DNA from: Halorarum halobium
GTDB taxonomy: Archaea > Halobacteriota > Halobacteria > Halobacteriales > Haloferacaceae
Length of the DNA: 64,000 nt
Reading direction: 5' to 3'
NCBI RefSeq assembly: GCF_032116555.1
Contig: NZ_CP134949.1
Span: 372,001 to 436,000, forward strand
Shown: positions 20,435 to 30,117 of the stretch, piece after piece
How positions within the stretch are numbered: the first letter of the stretch is position 1
Layout of the letters: the number at the start of each line of letters is the position of its first letter
Program-made: the position numbers and the translations under genes
The notes under the pieces: model-generated
Told to the model about the DNA's origin: nothing
Databases searched by the model: none
The model's input: the letters and a program-made list of their open reading frames with translations, nothing else

Positions 20435-21070
20435 CTACTCCGGCTTGCCGGGGAAGTTGACGAACCGGTCGAGCCGGTCGCGCCCCTCCTCGAGTATCGA
20501 GCTCCCGTGGAAGACGAGGATGACGTCGAACGAGTAGTCGAGCAGCCGTTCGAGCCCCTCCTCCAGGGCGATGAGGTCGGTGCTGTACGCCGCCGGCGGG
20601 AGGACGGGGTAGCCGGCCGGCATCCCGCGCTGGTCCGACCCGCTCACGACGTCGCCCGACACCATCACGCCGCGGTCCTCGTCGACGAACGCGTAACTGT
20701 CCTCCTTGTGACCGGGGACGTGGAGCGCCTCGAACCCGCCGATCGTGTCGCCGTCGTCGTAGACGTGATCCGGCTCGTGACCGTCCAGATCCGTCTGTGC
20801 CGAGGCCCAGACGTCGGCGTCGAACGCCTCGGTGATCGTCCCGAGCCCGCCGACGTGGTCGTGATCGCCGTGGGTGAGCACGATCCGTTCGGGCGTCATC
20901 CCGGTTTCCTCGATGCGGGCGACGGTTTCGTCCGCGCCGTCGGCGAAGCCGGTGTCGAACAGCGTCGGCGTCTCCCCGTCCACGAGGAACACGCGATACC
21001 GCCGGCCGTCCGCGAACGTCTTCGCCGTGACGTCGTACACGCCGTCCTGAATCTCCGTGACTCCCGTCAT
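20435..21070 (-). CDS. Metallo-beta-lactamase fold hydrolase
   Basis: LFDTG, THGDHDHVGG, VPGH, SGD, FHG. Confidence 0.88.
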   Translation of the reverse strand: MTGVTEIQDGVYDVTAKTFADGRRYRVFLVDGETPTLFDTGFADGADETVARIEETGMTPERIVLTHGDHDHVGGLGTITEAFDADVWASAQTDLDGHEPDHVYDDGDTIGGFEALHVPGHKEDSYAFVDEDRGVMVSGDVVSGSDQRGMPAGYPVLPPAAYSTDLIALEEGLERLLDYSFDVILVFHGSSILEEGRDRLDRFVNFPGKPE

Positions 21071-21114
21071 GGTGTGAGAGTTCCCTACGCCGCATAATGT
21101 AGTTTTCCCCGCCG

Positions 21115-21855
21115 CTATTCGACCGCGAGCGGGCGCAGGCAGTCGAGCACGACGCCGACGTCCTCGGGCCCCGCTCGGCCGACCGCGGTCGGCCGGACCT
21201 CCCTCGTCCACGCGTCGAACTCGTCCATCGCGCCGTGGTACTCGACGAGGTTCGGGTGGAAGAGGAACGTCTCGCCAGGGGCGGCACGGTCCGTGAGCTC
21301 CGCGAACGCCGCCTCGGGCGTTCCGTCGCCGCCGAGCAGGCGCGTGTCGTGGGGGAACACGGAGTCGAACAGGTCGATCCCGTCCGGCGCGTCGGCTTCT
21401 GACCGGCCGAGGATCCACGTGAGGCCGAGTTCGTCCGCGGCCCGGAGCGTCCCCTCGCTCACCTCCTTGAACGGCGCGAAGAAGCCCTCCGGGCGGACGC
21501 CCGCGGCGTCCTCGATGGCGTCGAGCCCCCGCGCGAGGTTCTCGTGGGCGAGGTCGTACGGGAGCCCCGCGCACTCGACGTGTCGATACCCGTGGAGCAC
21601 GATCTCGTGGCCCTCGTCGTCGAGTTCCTCGATGATCGCCGCCCGCTCGTCGGCGTCCCGTCCGAGGAACGCGACGCTCGCCCGCGCGTCGGCGTCGAGG
21701 AACAGCCGCGAGAGCGTCCGGTACTCCTCGTCAGTGTAGCGGGCGAGTGCGTGGAACGTGCGCCTGTCCAGCTCCGCGTCGGACCCGGCGTGCTCGGCGA
21801 TGAACCCGAAGAACGCCCGCGTTTCCAGCCGCCGTAGCTCCGATAGCTCCTCCAT
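21115..21855 (-). CDS. Polysaccharide deacetylase (CE4/NodB)-like protein
   Basis: GHEIVLHGYRH, GFFAPF, FLFHP. Confidence 0.75.
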   Translation of the reverse strand: MEELSELRRLETRAFFGFIAEHAGSDAELDRRTFHALARYTDEEYRTLSRLFLDADARASVAFLGRDADERAAIIEELDDEGHEIVLHGYRHVECAGLPYDLAHENLARGLDAIEDAAGVRPEGFFAPFKEVSEGTLRAADELGLTWILGRSEADAPDGIDLFDSVFPHDTRLLGGDGTPEAAFAELTDRAAPGETFLFHPNLVEYHGAMDEFDAWTREVRPTAVGRAGPEDVGVVLDCLRPLAVE

Positions 21856-21936
21856 GGTTCGCCCGGACGATGGGTCGGTCCGGTCATAAACGCTCCCCCG
21901 GCCCGACGAACGCGCGGCCGTCGCCGGTCCGCCCGG

Positions 21937-22704
21937 TCAGTGAAACGCCTGCCGGGACGACGCGAGGGACACGTCCTCGGGAAGCTCGCGGAGCGTCGAG
22001 CGCGACGTCGACAGGTCGGCCGTGACCGCCGCCTCGGGCGAGGTCTGGAGGTTCACGCCGAAGTCGACGTCGACGGTCGGGACGGGCGCGCCGTCCTCGA
22101 TGTAGAACGGCGAGTCGTGGCCGGGGATCACGAGATCGACCCGCGATTTCACGTCCCGAATCGTCTCGATGGCCTCCCGCTTGTCGTGGAGCACCATCGG
22201 GTTCTCCGTGGCCACCTCGCGCGTGTTCTTCACGGCGTCGCCGGTGAAGCCGTAGGTGCGGTCCCCCTGGGACAGCAGGAACCCGACGTGGTGTTCCGTG
22301 TGGCCGGGCGTCGGGAACGCCTCCAGGCCGCCGACGGTATCGCCGAGCGCGAACGGTTCGACCCCGAGCGAGTCGAGCATCGCCGCGGCGTTGCGCGGGG
22401 TCGCCCAGTCGTACTCGCCGTTTCGAACGCGTGCCAGTTCCTCCTCGTACACGTGAACCGTCGCGTTCTCGAAGAGGTCCACGTTGTCACAGTGATCGAA
22501 GTGGACGTGCGTGAGCAGCACGTCCTCGACGTCGTTCGGATCCACGCCGACCTCATCGAGCGCGTCCGTGAGGAGCGGTCGCCGCGCCAGCGAGCCGACG
22601 TCGACGACCGTCGACTCGTCCACCAGCGCCGCCGATGCCTGTCCGAGGTAGCCCTGACTCGACCGTCCGGGGATGCCCTGCAGGAGCACGTCTATTCGCG
22701 TCAT
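21937..22704 (-). CDS. Metallo-beta-lactamase fold hydrolase (lactonase-like)
   Basis: THVHFDH, TPGHT..H, TGDA, IPGHD; ATG at 22704. Confidence 0.9.
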   Translation of the reverse strand: MTRIDVLLQGIPGRSSQGYLGQASAALVDESTVVDVGSLARRPLLTDALDEVGVDPNDVEDVLLTHVHFDHCDNVDLFENATVHVYEEELARVRNGEYDWATPRNAAAMLDSLGVEPFALGDTVGGLEAFPTPGHTEHHVGFLLSQGDRTYGFTGDAVKNTREVATENPMVLHDKREAIETIRDVKSRVDLVIPGHDSPFYIEDGAPVPTVDVDFGVNLQTSPEAAVTADLSTSRSTLRELPEDVSLASSRQAFH

Positions 22705-22794
22705 CGCCTCCCCGGTCGGACGCGGACGGGTAAAGCGTGTGGGTCGATCCCCGCCGGCCGAACGATTATTGCTCTGGGGAGCCGTCACCCACGC

Positions 22795-23613
22795 ATGCAA
22801 CTGGCACTCGTGCAGTTCGAACCGCGGGGCACGGTCGCGGGAAACCGCGAGCACGTCGAGGAACGGGTCCGGGAGGCGGCCGCCGACGGCGCGGATCTGG
22901 TCGTCCTGCCCGAGATCTGGAACGTCGGCTACTTCGCGTTCGACCGGTACGAGGCGGACGCCGAACCCCTGGACGGCGAAACGGTTTCCGCGGTTCGATC
23001 GCTCGCGGCCGAGGTGGGGATACCGATCCACGCTGGGAGCATCGTCGAGCGGGACGGTGACGACCTGTACAACACGAGCGTCTACGTCGACGACGCGGGC
23101 GAGGTGCGGGCGACCTACCGGAAGATGCACCTGTTCGGCTACGAGTCCGCCGAGAACGAACTGCTCACTCCCGGGGACGAGGTCGTGTGCTTCGAGACGG
23201 CGTTCGGGACGGTCGGGCTCGCGACGTGCTACGATCTCAGGTTCCCGGCCCTGTTCCGGGCGATGTCGGACCGCGGCGTCGACCTCCTGCTCGTGACGTC
23301 GGCGTGGCCGCTTGCGCGGCTCGACCACTGGTCGCTGTTGACGCGGACCCGGGCGCTCGAACACCAGTGCGTGCTCGCCGCGGCGAACGGGGTCGGTCCG
23401 AACGAGGGGGTCGAACTCGGCGGCCACAGCTGTGTCGTCGATCCATGGGGGACGCCGGTCGCGAACGCGGGAGGGCGCGAGGGGACGATCCACGCGCGGG
23501 TCGACCCGGCGACGGTCGGCGAGTCCCGCGCCGAGTTCCCGACGCTGGCTGATCGACGGATCGACGTCCGGTACGACGTCGGGGACCCGCGGGAGGGCGA
23601 GTTGAACGACTGA
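22795..23613 (+). CDS. Carbon-nitrogen hydrolase (nitrilase/omega-amidase family)
   Basis: Catalytic triad motifs LPEIW, YRKMHLF, TCYDLRFP; VDPWG. Confidence 0.93.
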   Translation: MQLALVQFEPRGTVAGNREHVEERVREAAADGADLVVLPEIWNVGYFAFDRYEADAEPLDGETVSAVRSLAAEVGIPIHAGSIVERDGDDLYNTSVYVDDAGEVRATYRKMHLFGYESAENELLTPGDEVVCFETAFGTVGLATCYDLRFPALFRAMSDRGVDLLLVTSAWPLARLDHWSLLTRTRALEHQCVLAAANGVGPNEGVELGGHSCVVDPWGTPVANAGGREGTIHARVDPATVGESRAEFPTLADRRIDVRYDVGDPREGELND

Positions 23614-23663
23614 GCGTTCGCGAGGAAGGGGTCGAGCGTCGTTCCCGTCCGAACGAGCGCCCG

Positions 23664-24368
23664 TCAGGTGCCCTCGGGCGTGTGCCAGTCGATGACGTCG
23701 ACGGTGTAGGCGACGGACAGCGTCCGGTTCAGGACGGGGTCACGGAGCTCCGCCTCGAAGTACGGTTCGGTCCGCAGTTCGCCGGCGTCGGTCCCGACGC
23801 TGCCCGAGAACAGGAGCGTCCCGTCGTGCGGGGGCGTCGTCCGGTCCTCGAGCAACGAGAACAGGTCCTCGGGGGGACGGAGCTCCGCCAGCGTCCCGGT
23901 CTGGTACCGGTCCGGATCGGTCGGATCGCCGGTCCAGCTCCTGAGTTCGAGTTCGTCCCAGTGGTCGGCCACCTCCGCGAGTTGCCAGAACGTGTCCCCG
24001 ACGACGTTCGGACACACCTGCTTCGAGAGCGCGACGTTCTCCGTCTCGAGTTCCCGGTCCGTGTGGTCGCTGCCGACCGTCACGTACACCCTGTCGTGTG
24101 CGACGTAGAAGGCGACCTCCACCTCGCCGCTCGTCTCGCCTGAGGCGACCTGGATGTTCGTCCCGGTCGAGAGCGAGTGGCGGGGCTTCGGGTAGAGGAT
24201 CGGGGTTCGATCGGGCGGGGACACCCCCTCGGCTTCGAGTTCGGCGACGTGCCGGTCGACGGCGTCGCGGTCCCGCCCCGTCCAGCCGGCGTTGACGAGG
24301 CGGTCGATCGAGAGGCTGACCGACTCCTCGTCCCCGTTCCGGTGGAGCAGGCACCCGTAGATGGTCAT
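23664..24368 (-). CDS. DUF2848 family protein (FAH-like fold)
   Basis: AGWTGRD...V..H..EL, TSGEVE, GSDHTDRELE, SKQVCP. Confidence 0.85.
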   Translation of the reverse strand: MTIYGCLLHRNGDEESVSLSIDRLVNAGWTGRDRDAVDRHVAELEAEGVSPPDRTPILYPKPRHSLSTGTNIQVASGETSGEVEVAFYVAHDRVYVTVGSDHTDRELETENVALSKQVCPNVVGDTFWQLAEVADHWDELELRSWTGDPTDPDRYQTGTLAELRPPEDLFSLLEDRTTPPHDGTLLFSGSVGTDAGELRTEPYFEAELRDPVLNRTLSVAYTVDVIDWHTPEGT

Positions 24369-24712
24369 TCGTAGTATCTGACCTCGAACGTGAGACAGCC
24401 GTTGGGTGACCGATACGGGCCGTGTTCCATCCCGGGCTTGCGGTACGCGTACATGCCGGCCGTGAAGGACTCGTCCAGCCGCTTGTCGATGAGTTCGCCG
24501 TGGAGGACGTACGCCTCCTCGTAGAACTCGTGGGTGATGACCGACTCGGACTCGGTCCCCGGCTCCAGTTTCAGGAACCGCGTGTGGCTGCCGTCCGGTT
24601 CTTCGTGCAGGATCATCTCGGAGACCCCGTCCGAGTAGGCGCCGGCCTGCTCCCACTCGTACTCGTTCGCCTCGGCGGTCGGGTCGTGGAACTCCTTGCT
24701 GGGGGTTGGCAT
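24365..24712 (-). CDS. Cupin (ChrR-like) protein
   Basis: HEFYEE and RKPGMEHGP cupin motifs; 4-bp overlap with DUF2848. Confidence 0.85.
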   Translation of the reverse strand: MPTPSKEFHDPTAEANEYEWEQAGAYSDGVSEMILHEEPDGSHTRFLKLEPGTESESVITHEFYEEAYVLHGELIDKRLDESFTAGMYAYRKPGMEHGPYRSPNGCLTFEVRYYE

Positions 24713-24842
24713 CGACGGTCGAAACGAGGAATCCCCGTTATTTATGCGTTCCCGTCAGGATCGCCGATCAGTCCGGCAGTCGTAACAGACGACGTACAAT
24801 AATCAAAACCATTATACATCTGTATTAGAAGTGTTCGTACAC

Positions 24843-26222
24843 ATGGTAGAAGTGGGTACGTTCCACAACGGTAGTACCAACATCGGCCTGAAGCGCCTCG
24901 AGAGCGGGCACATCATTCCCGACGCGGACTTCGACGAGCGACGTGCCGACGCGCGCGAGGTGGCACGGGACCAGATCGAACACGGGATCAACGCCGAGAA
25001 GGCGGGCCTGGATCGGGTGTACTTCACCGAACACCACTTCCAGCCGATGGGGCTCGAGTTCAGTACGAACCCGCTGATGTCACAGATGCAGGTCGCCAGG
25101 GAGACCGACCACGTCAAACTGGCGCAGATCTCGAACATCATCGTCTGGCACGACCCGGTCCGGCTGGCCGAGCAGACGGCGCTGCTCGACGTGATGAGCG
25201 ACGGGCGCGTCGAGGTCGGCATCGGCCGGGGGTACCAGCCCCGCGAGAACGAGGTGTTCGGACAGTACTGGGGAGGCACCATCCAGAGCCAGGAGCAGAA
25301 CCGCGTGTCCTTCGAGGAGAAGTTCGAGATCCTCAAGCAGGCGTGGACCGAGGACCTCTTCTCCCATCACGGGGAGTACCACCAGATCCCGCCCGCCCAC
25401 ACCAAGTGGCACCACGGTCAGGAGAAGCAGTACCTCGCCGACGACGTCACGAGTTACGACGTCGACGACATGCTCGAGTGGATCGAGGAGGAGGACGAGT
25501 ACTCGAGCGGCGGGCAGAGCGTCACCGGCGGCCGCTCGCGGCTCAAGACGCTGAACGTGCTTCCCAAGCCCGTCCAGGAACCGTTCCCGCAGCTCTGGCA
25601 GCCGATCAACTCCTCCCGCTCCGTGAAGTGGGCGGCCCGGAACGGCGTCAACCCGATCATCACGCTGGGCCCGGCAAAGCGCATCTCGCCGATCGTCGAG
25701 ACGTACTACGAGGCTGCCGAGGAAGCCGGCTGGCCCGACGTCCGTCCCGAGTACGACGGCGAACCGTTCGCCTACGGCTGGGACGAGGAGCGGCACCGGG
25801 GCGTCGCGATCTACCGTCCGGTGTTCAACACGGAGCACGGGACCGACGAGCAGTACGAGCGGTTCAAGATGGGCCAGGAGTTCCTCTGGCAGTGGTTCGA
25901 CGCGTTCTTCGGCCTCGAACGGATGCTCTCGATGGACGACGACGAGGTCGACGCGCTCCGTGACCGCCGTGACCTCGCCGAGGACGACTACCTCACGCCG
26001 GACATGCAGCTCCTGAAGGAGAAACAGGTCGCCATCGTCGGGGACAGCGAGGAGATCGCCGACCAGCTCGTGGGGCTGGGCGAGGACTGCGGCTACGAGG
26101 ACTTCAACGTGGCCGGCGTGTTCGAGTGTGCGGGCCTGTCGGGCGAGGAGATCGACGGCCAGATGGAGGTGTTCGGCGAAGAGGTCGTCCCGTACCTCGA
26201 AGGCGAGTACCCCAGCCCGTAG
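24843..26222 (+). CDS. Luciferase-like (LLM class) flavin-dependent monooxygenase, long form
   Basis: FTEHHF, HDPVRLAEQ.ALLD..S.GRVEVGIGRGY, PKPVQEPFPQLW. Confidence 0.9.
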   Translation: MVEVGTFHNGSTNIGLKRLESGHIIPDADFDERRADAREVARDQIEHGINAEKAGLDRVYFTEHHFQPMGLEFSTNPLMSQMQVARETDHVKLAQISNIIVWHDPVRLAEQTALLDVMSDGRVEVGIGRGYQPRENEVFGQYWGGTIQSQEQNRVSFEEKFEILKQAWTEDLFSHHGEYHQIPPAHTKWHHGQEKQYLADDVTSYDVDDMLEWIEEEDEYSSGGQSVTGGRSRLKTLNVLPKPVQEPFPQLWQPINSSRSVKWAARNGVNPIITLGPAKRISPIVETYYEAAEEAGWPDVRPEYDGEPFAYGWDEERHRGVAIYRPVFNTEHGTDEQYERFKMGQEFLWQWFDAFFGLERMLSMDDDEVDALRDRRDLAEDDYLTPDMQLLKEKQVAIVGDSEEIADQLVGLGEDCGYEDFNVAGVFECAGLSGEEIDGQMEVFGEEVVPYLEGEYPSP

Positions 26223-26858
26223 TTCGACGCCCGGATCGCCCCTCCATCCGTCCCGATCGTTCATCCACGTTTTACGCCATCTCCGAACACGGTAGCCGAC
26301 GGCATTCCGGCCGCGAAAACCGACCGAACGGAGCCCGATCAGCTTCCGTTCCGGGCCCGGAATCTCCCCTCATTCGTGCCGGCCCCGCCGGTTTTCGGGT
26401 CGCTGAACCGGGTCAAATCGGCCGCCTGGACCCGTTCCGGCCGGGAGCGAACCCGGAGAGCAACCGACCGACGAACTCGACCGGCCGGCCGGGTCGACGT
26501 TCGGAATCCCCGAACAACGGCGTCGTGTCCCCGGCCCCTTCGACCGCTGCACGCTCCAATACTTACAGTACTACGGCTGTAAAGTATTCGTGGTATTTGG
26601 ACACACGTCACAGGACCTCTCGACTCCGGGTCCGAGCCCGCTACGGCTTTCGAACTCGTGTCCGGACATAGCGAACAGATGATGGTCCGTCGCGTCCCCG
26701 AACGCGCGTCTCGAGTCGGGAGCGAACGTCCGGCGCGCGCTCCCCGGTTCGGATCGCCGTGGGTCGACGCGATCCGGTCGGGGCCGGCGTCTGCGTCCGC
26801 GGAGAAAAGATTATCAGTGAGAAACGAGAACGTGTAGATCCGACAGCGCTGGCAACCA

Positions 26859-27539
26859 ATGAGACACGACAATCGCGTGCGGCGGGAGAGTGCCACGTCA
26901 CTCGATCGGGACCTGTTGCGCCTGCTGGCCGACCGTGGGGCGGCGTGCCGGGAGACGTGGGTCGACCCGGAGGAGATGGCCGGGCGACTGGATCGGCCGC
27001 CGGCGGAGATCGGGTCCGCGCTCCGGGCGATGGCGGCGGAGGGATACCTCCGGGTGACGCGTATCGAACGGGGGGCGATCCTCACCATCACCGACCGCGG
27101 CCGGGGCGAACTCGACGGGCCGACCGGGGAGGACCGCATCGAACTCGCGGGCACGATCGAGGACGGGCTCGGGAAGGGCGGGGAGTTCGTGGCGCTCCCG
27201 GGGTACGAGCGACAGTTCGAGGCGCGGCTCGGCTATCGCCCGTTCCCGGGAACGTTGAACGTCGCCCTGACCGAGGACGCCGCGCGGAGCCGGCGGGAAC
27301 TGGCGGACGTTCCCGGAATCCCGATCGACGAGTGGGAGGCCGACGGCACGACCTACGGTGCCGCGACCTGTTACCCGGCGTCGATCAGGGCCGACGAGGG
27401 GAGCGCGCGGGAACTCGTCCACGTGCTCGTCCCGGAACGGACGGCACACGACGTCGACAAACTCGAACTGATCGCGCCGATGCGGCTGCGGGCGGACCCG
27501 GCATACGACACCGGGAGCGAGGTCACGATCCATGTCTGA
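26859..27539 (+). CDS. ribK: CTP-dependent riboflavin kinase with N-terminal wHTH (RibK/RbkR-like)
   Basis: GLGKG..FV..PGY, LGY.PFPGTLNV, PERT.H...LELIAP..LR; start uncertain. Confidence 0.88.
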   Translation: MRHDNRVRRESATSLDRDLLRLLADRGAACRETWVDPEEMAGRLDRPPAEIGSALRAMAAEGYLRVTRIERGAILTITDRGRGELDGPTGEDRIELAGTIEDGLGKGGEFVALPGYERQFEARLGYRPFPGTLNVALTEDAARSRRELADVPGIPIDEWEADGTTYGAATCYPASIRADEGSARELVHVLVPERTAHDVDKLELIAPMRLRADPAYDTGSEVTIHV

Positions 27540-28206
27540 GAGCAACTACCGGACGGCGGGAGGGACCGACGTCGACCGAGCCGTCAAGGCGTTCCGGTCC
27601 GGCGAGCCGGTGCTCGTCCACGACGCAACCGACAGGGAGGACGAAACCGACATCGTCTATCCGGCCGCGGCCGTGGGCCCGGAGGACGTGACCCGGCTCC
27701 GGAACGACGCCGGCGGGCTCGTCTGTGTCGCGCTCGCCGCGGACGTCGCGGACTCGTTCGACCTCCCGTTCCTCGCCGACGCGCTCGATCACCCCAGCGT
27801 CGAGTCGGGGAACCTGGCGTACGGCGATCGGTCGTCGTTCTCGCTTCCCGTCAACCACCGCGACACGGTGACGGGGATCCCCGACGGCGAGCGCGCGCTG
27901 ACCATCTCGGCGCTCGGGGCTGCCGCGGCCGAGCCGGACCGGACCGAGTTCGCCGCCTCGTTCCGCGCGCCGGGACACGTCCCGCTCCTGCGTGCTGCGG
28001 ACGGGCTGTTGAGCGAGCGGCGGGGACACACGGAACTCTCCATCCGGCTCGCCCTGGAGGCCGACCGCGCGCCGGCGACCGTCGTCTGTGAGATGCTCGA
28101 CGACGACACCGGGGAGGCGCTCACGCGGGAGGCCGCGGCGGCGTACGCCTGGGACCACGGACTCGTTCAGGTCGAAGGGACAGAGATCGTCAACTCCCTC
28201 AGGTGA
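27532..28206 (+). CDS. ribB: 3,4-dihydroxy-2-butanone-4-phosphate synthase
   Basis: DREDETD, GLVCVA, TGI.D.ERA.T, FRAPGHV, RRGHTE, VCEMLDD. Confidence 0.93.
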   Translation: MSESNYRTAGGTDVDRAVKAFRSGEPVLVHDATDREDETDIVYPAAAVGPEDVTRLRNDAGGLVCVALAADVADSFDLPFLADALDHPSVESGNLAYGDRSSFSLPVNHRDTVTGIPDGERALTISALGAAAAEPDRTEFAASFRAPGHVPLLRAADGLLSERRGHTELSIRLALEADRAPATVVCEMLDDDTGEALTREAAAAYAWDHGLVQVEGTEIVNSLR

Positions 28207-28295
28207 TCGCTCGCCCGGCCCGTGACGCCGGCCAGTCGCGGTTCGGCGCCGTGAGCGGAGGAAGATATAATTGACCGGTGATCGAATCAGGTTTC

Positions 28296-29213
28296 ATGAG
28301 TCGCCTTGACCTGAGTGGTATCAACCCCGCGAACGTCGTTCCGCTCGCCGACGACGGCGAGCGCATCGACGAGTCCGGCCTCCGGTCGCACCTGCGCGAC
28401 CTGGTCACGACCGAGGGGATGAACGGGATCGTCTGTAATGGCCACGTCGGCGAAGTGTACGCGCTGACGAGGGACGAACAGCTCCGCGTCGTCGAGATCG
28501 CGCGCGAGGTCACCCCGGACGGCATGCCCGTGGTCTCGGGCGTGGTGGGCGGGTCGACGACCGAAACCGTCGAGCAGGCGGGTCGGATGAAGGAGGCGGG
28601 CGCGGACGGCCTCCTCGTGATCCCGCCCCACACGCCGATCAACGAGCATCGACGTGCGGCGGTGACGTTCTTCGAGGACCTCTCGGACGGGGTCGACGTC
28701 CCGCTCGTCATCTTCCAGCATCCCACCTGGGCCGGCGGGTTCTACGAGCCGTCGCTGCTCGCGGAGCTGATCGGGGTCGACAACGTCGTCGCGGTGAAGG
28801 ACGCCGTCTGGGACGTCGACCACTACCAGGAGGACGTTCGCGCCATCCGCGACGCGGACGAGGACGTGCAGGTGCTGGTGGCCAACGACGAGCACCTCCT
28901 GCCGTCGTTCTCCATCCGGTCCGAGGGGGTCATCCTGGAGCTCGCGGCCGTCATTCCGGAACTCGTCCGGGACCTCCACGCCGCCGTCGAAGCGAGCGAT
29001 ATCGCGGCGGCTCGGCGAGTCTACGCCCGGATGGAACCGTTCATCGACGCGATGTACGAGCCGCCGGTGACCGAGTCCCACACCCGACTCAAGGTCGCAC
29101 TCGAACTCCAGGGACGGATCGACTCGGCCGTCCCCCGTCGTCCCGGGGTGCCGATCGACGACGAGGAGGTCGAGTCGATCCGGGAGAGCATGGAAGCGAC
29201 CGGCATCCTGTAG
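28296..29213 (+). CDS. DHDPS/NAL family protein (third, divergent type)
   Basis: NGHVGE, PVVSGV, LLVIPP, IFQHP, VAVKDA. Confidence 0.85.
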   Translation: MSRLDLSGINPANVVPLADDGERIDESGLRSHLRDLVTTEGMNGIVCNGHVGEVYALTRDEQLRVVEIAREVTPDGMPVVSGVVGGSTTETVEQAGRMKEAGADGLLVIPPHTPINEHRRAAVTFFEDLSDGVDVPLVIFQHPTWAGGFYEPSLLAELIGVDNVVAVKDAVWDVDHYQEDVRAIRDADEDVQVLVANDEHLLPSFSIRSEGVILELAAVIPELVRDLHAAVEASDIAAARRVYARMEPFIDAMYEPPVTESHTRLKVALELQGRIDSAVPRRPGVPIDDEEVESIRESMEATGIL

Positions 29214-29286
29214 TTCGGTCCGGCACCCGCACGGGTCCGGTGGTTCGCGGCGAAGCGGTTTTATCGCTCACCGCCGTCCCGCCTCC

Positions 29287-30114
29287 ATGGCCGAATCCAC
29301 GAGCGGCGTCGGCGGAACCTGGGCGGAGTCGTCCGCACCCGAGATCCGTCGGCTGGCCGAGCGTCCCGGCTCGATCGTCGTCGTGCCGGTCGGAAGCGTC
29401 GAGCAACACGGCGACCACCTCCCGGTCGCGACGGACGCGATTCTCGCGGGGGCGGTCGCTGGCGCGGCCGTCGAACGGGTCGAGGCGGACGTACCGGTGA
29501 TCGCGACCCCCGTCGTCGCGCCCGGCTTCTCGCCCCACCACCTGTCGTTCGGCGGAACGCTCTCGCTCCGGCGGGAGACGCTCGTCCGACTGCTCACCGA
29601 CGTCGCCGAGTCGGCGCTCGACGGCGGGTTCGACGCCCTGCTGTTCGTGAACGGCCACCGGGGGAACGACTCGATCGTCGGCAGCGTCGTGGGCAGCGTG
29701 GGCGCGGCCCGTCCCGACGTGGACGTGGGGGCGGTCACCTACTTCGACCTCGCCGCGCCGTTCGTCGACGACGTCCGTCGGAGCGACGTCGGCGGGATGA
29801 GCCACGGCGGCGAGTTCGAGACGTCGCTCATGCTCCACCTCCGGCCGTCCCTGGTGGACGAGAGCCGATTCGAGGTCGAGTACCGCCGGGAACCCCACGA
29901 GCACGGCGTCCACGACATGTTCGAGAGCGGCCCGCTCGGCAGATATCGTGACTTTGCCGACCTCTCGTCCTCCGGGGTCGTCGGCGATCCCTCGGAGGCG
30001 AGCGCCGAAACGGGCGACTCGCTGTTCGAGGGGCTCACGACCGAACTCGCGGCGGTCCTCGAGGAGCTTCACGACGTCACGACGGGGACGGAGCGACCCC
30101 CGTCCAGTGACTGA
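29287..30114 (+). CDS. Creatininase family amidohydrolase
   Basis: PVGSVEQHGDHLP..TD, NGHRGN, HGGEFETS, GVVGDP. Confidence 0.92.
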   Translation: MAESTSGVGGTWAESSAPEIRRLAERPGSIVVVPVGSVEQHGDHLPVATDAILAGAVAGAAVERVEADVPVIATPVVAPGFSPHHLSFGGTLSLRRETLVRLLTDVAESALDGGFDALLFVNGHRGNDSIVGSVVGSVGAARPDVDVGAVTYFDLAAPFVDDVRRSDVGGMSHGGEFETSLMLHLRPSLVDESRFEVEYRREPHEHGVHDMFESGPLGRYRDFADLSSSGVVGDPSEASAETGDSLFEGLTTELAAVLEELHDVTTGTERPPSSD

Positions 30115-30117
30115 CGC

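Noticed and set aside
26223..26858. FMN riboswitch upstream of ribK-ribB
   Set aside because: Conserved RFN segments (AGGGCGGGG..AATTCCC, CCGAC.GT.A.AGTC.GGATG) not found
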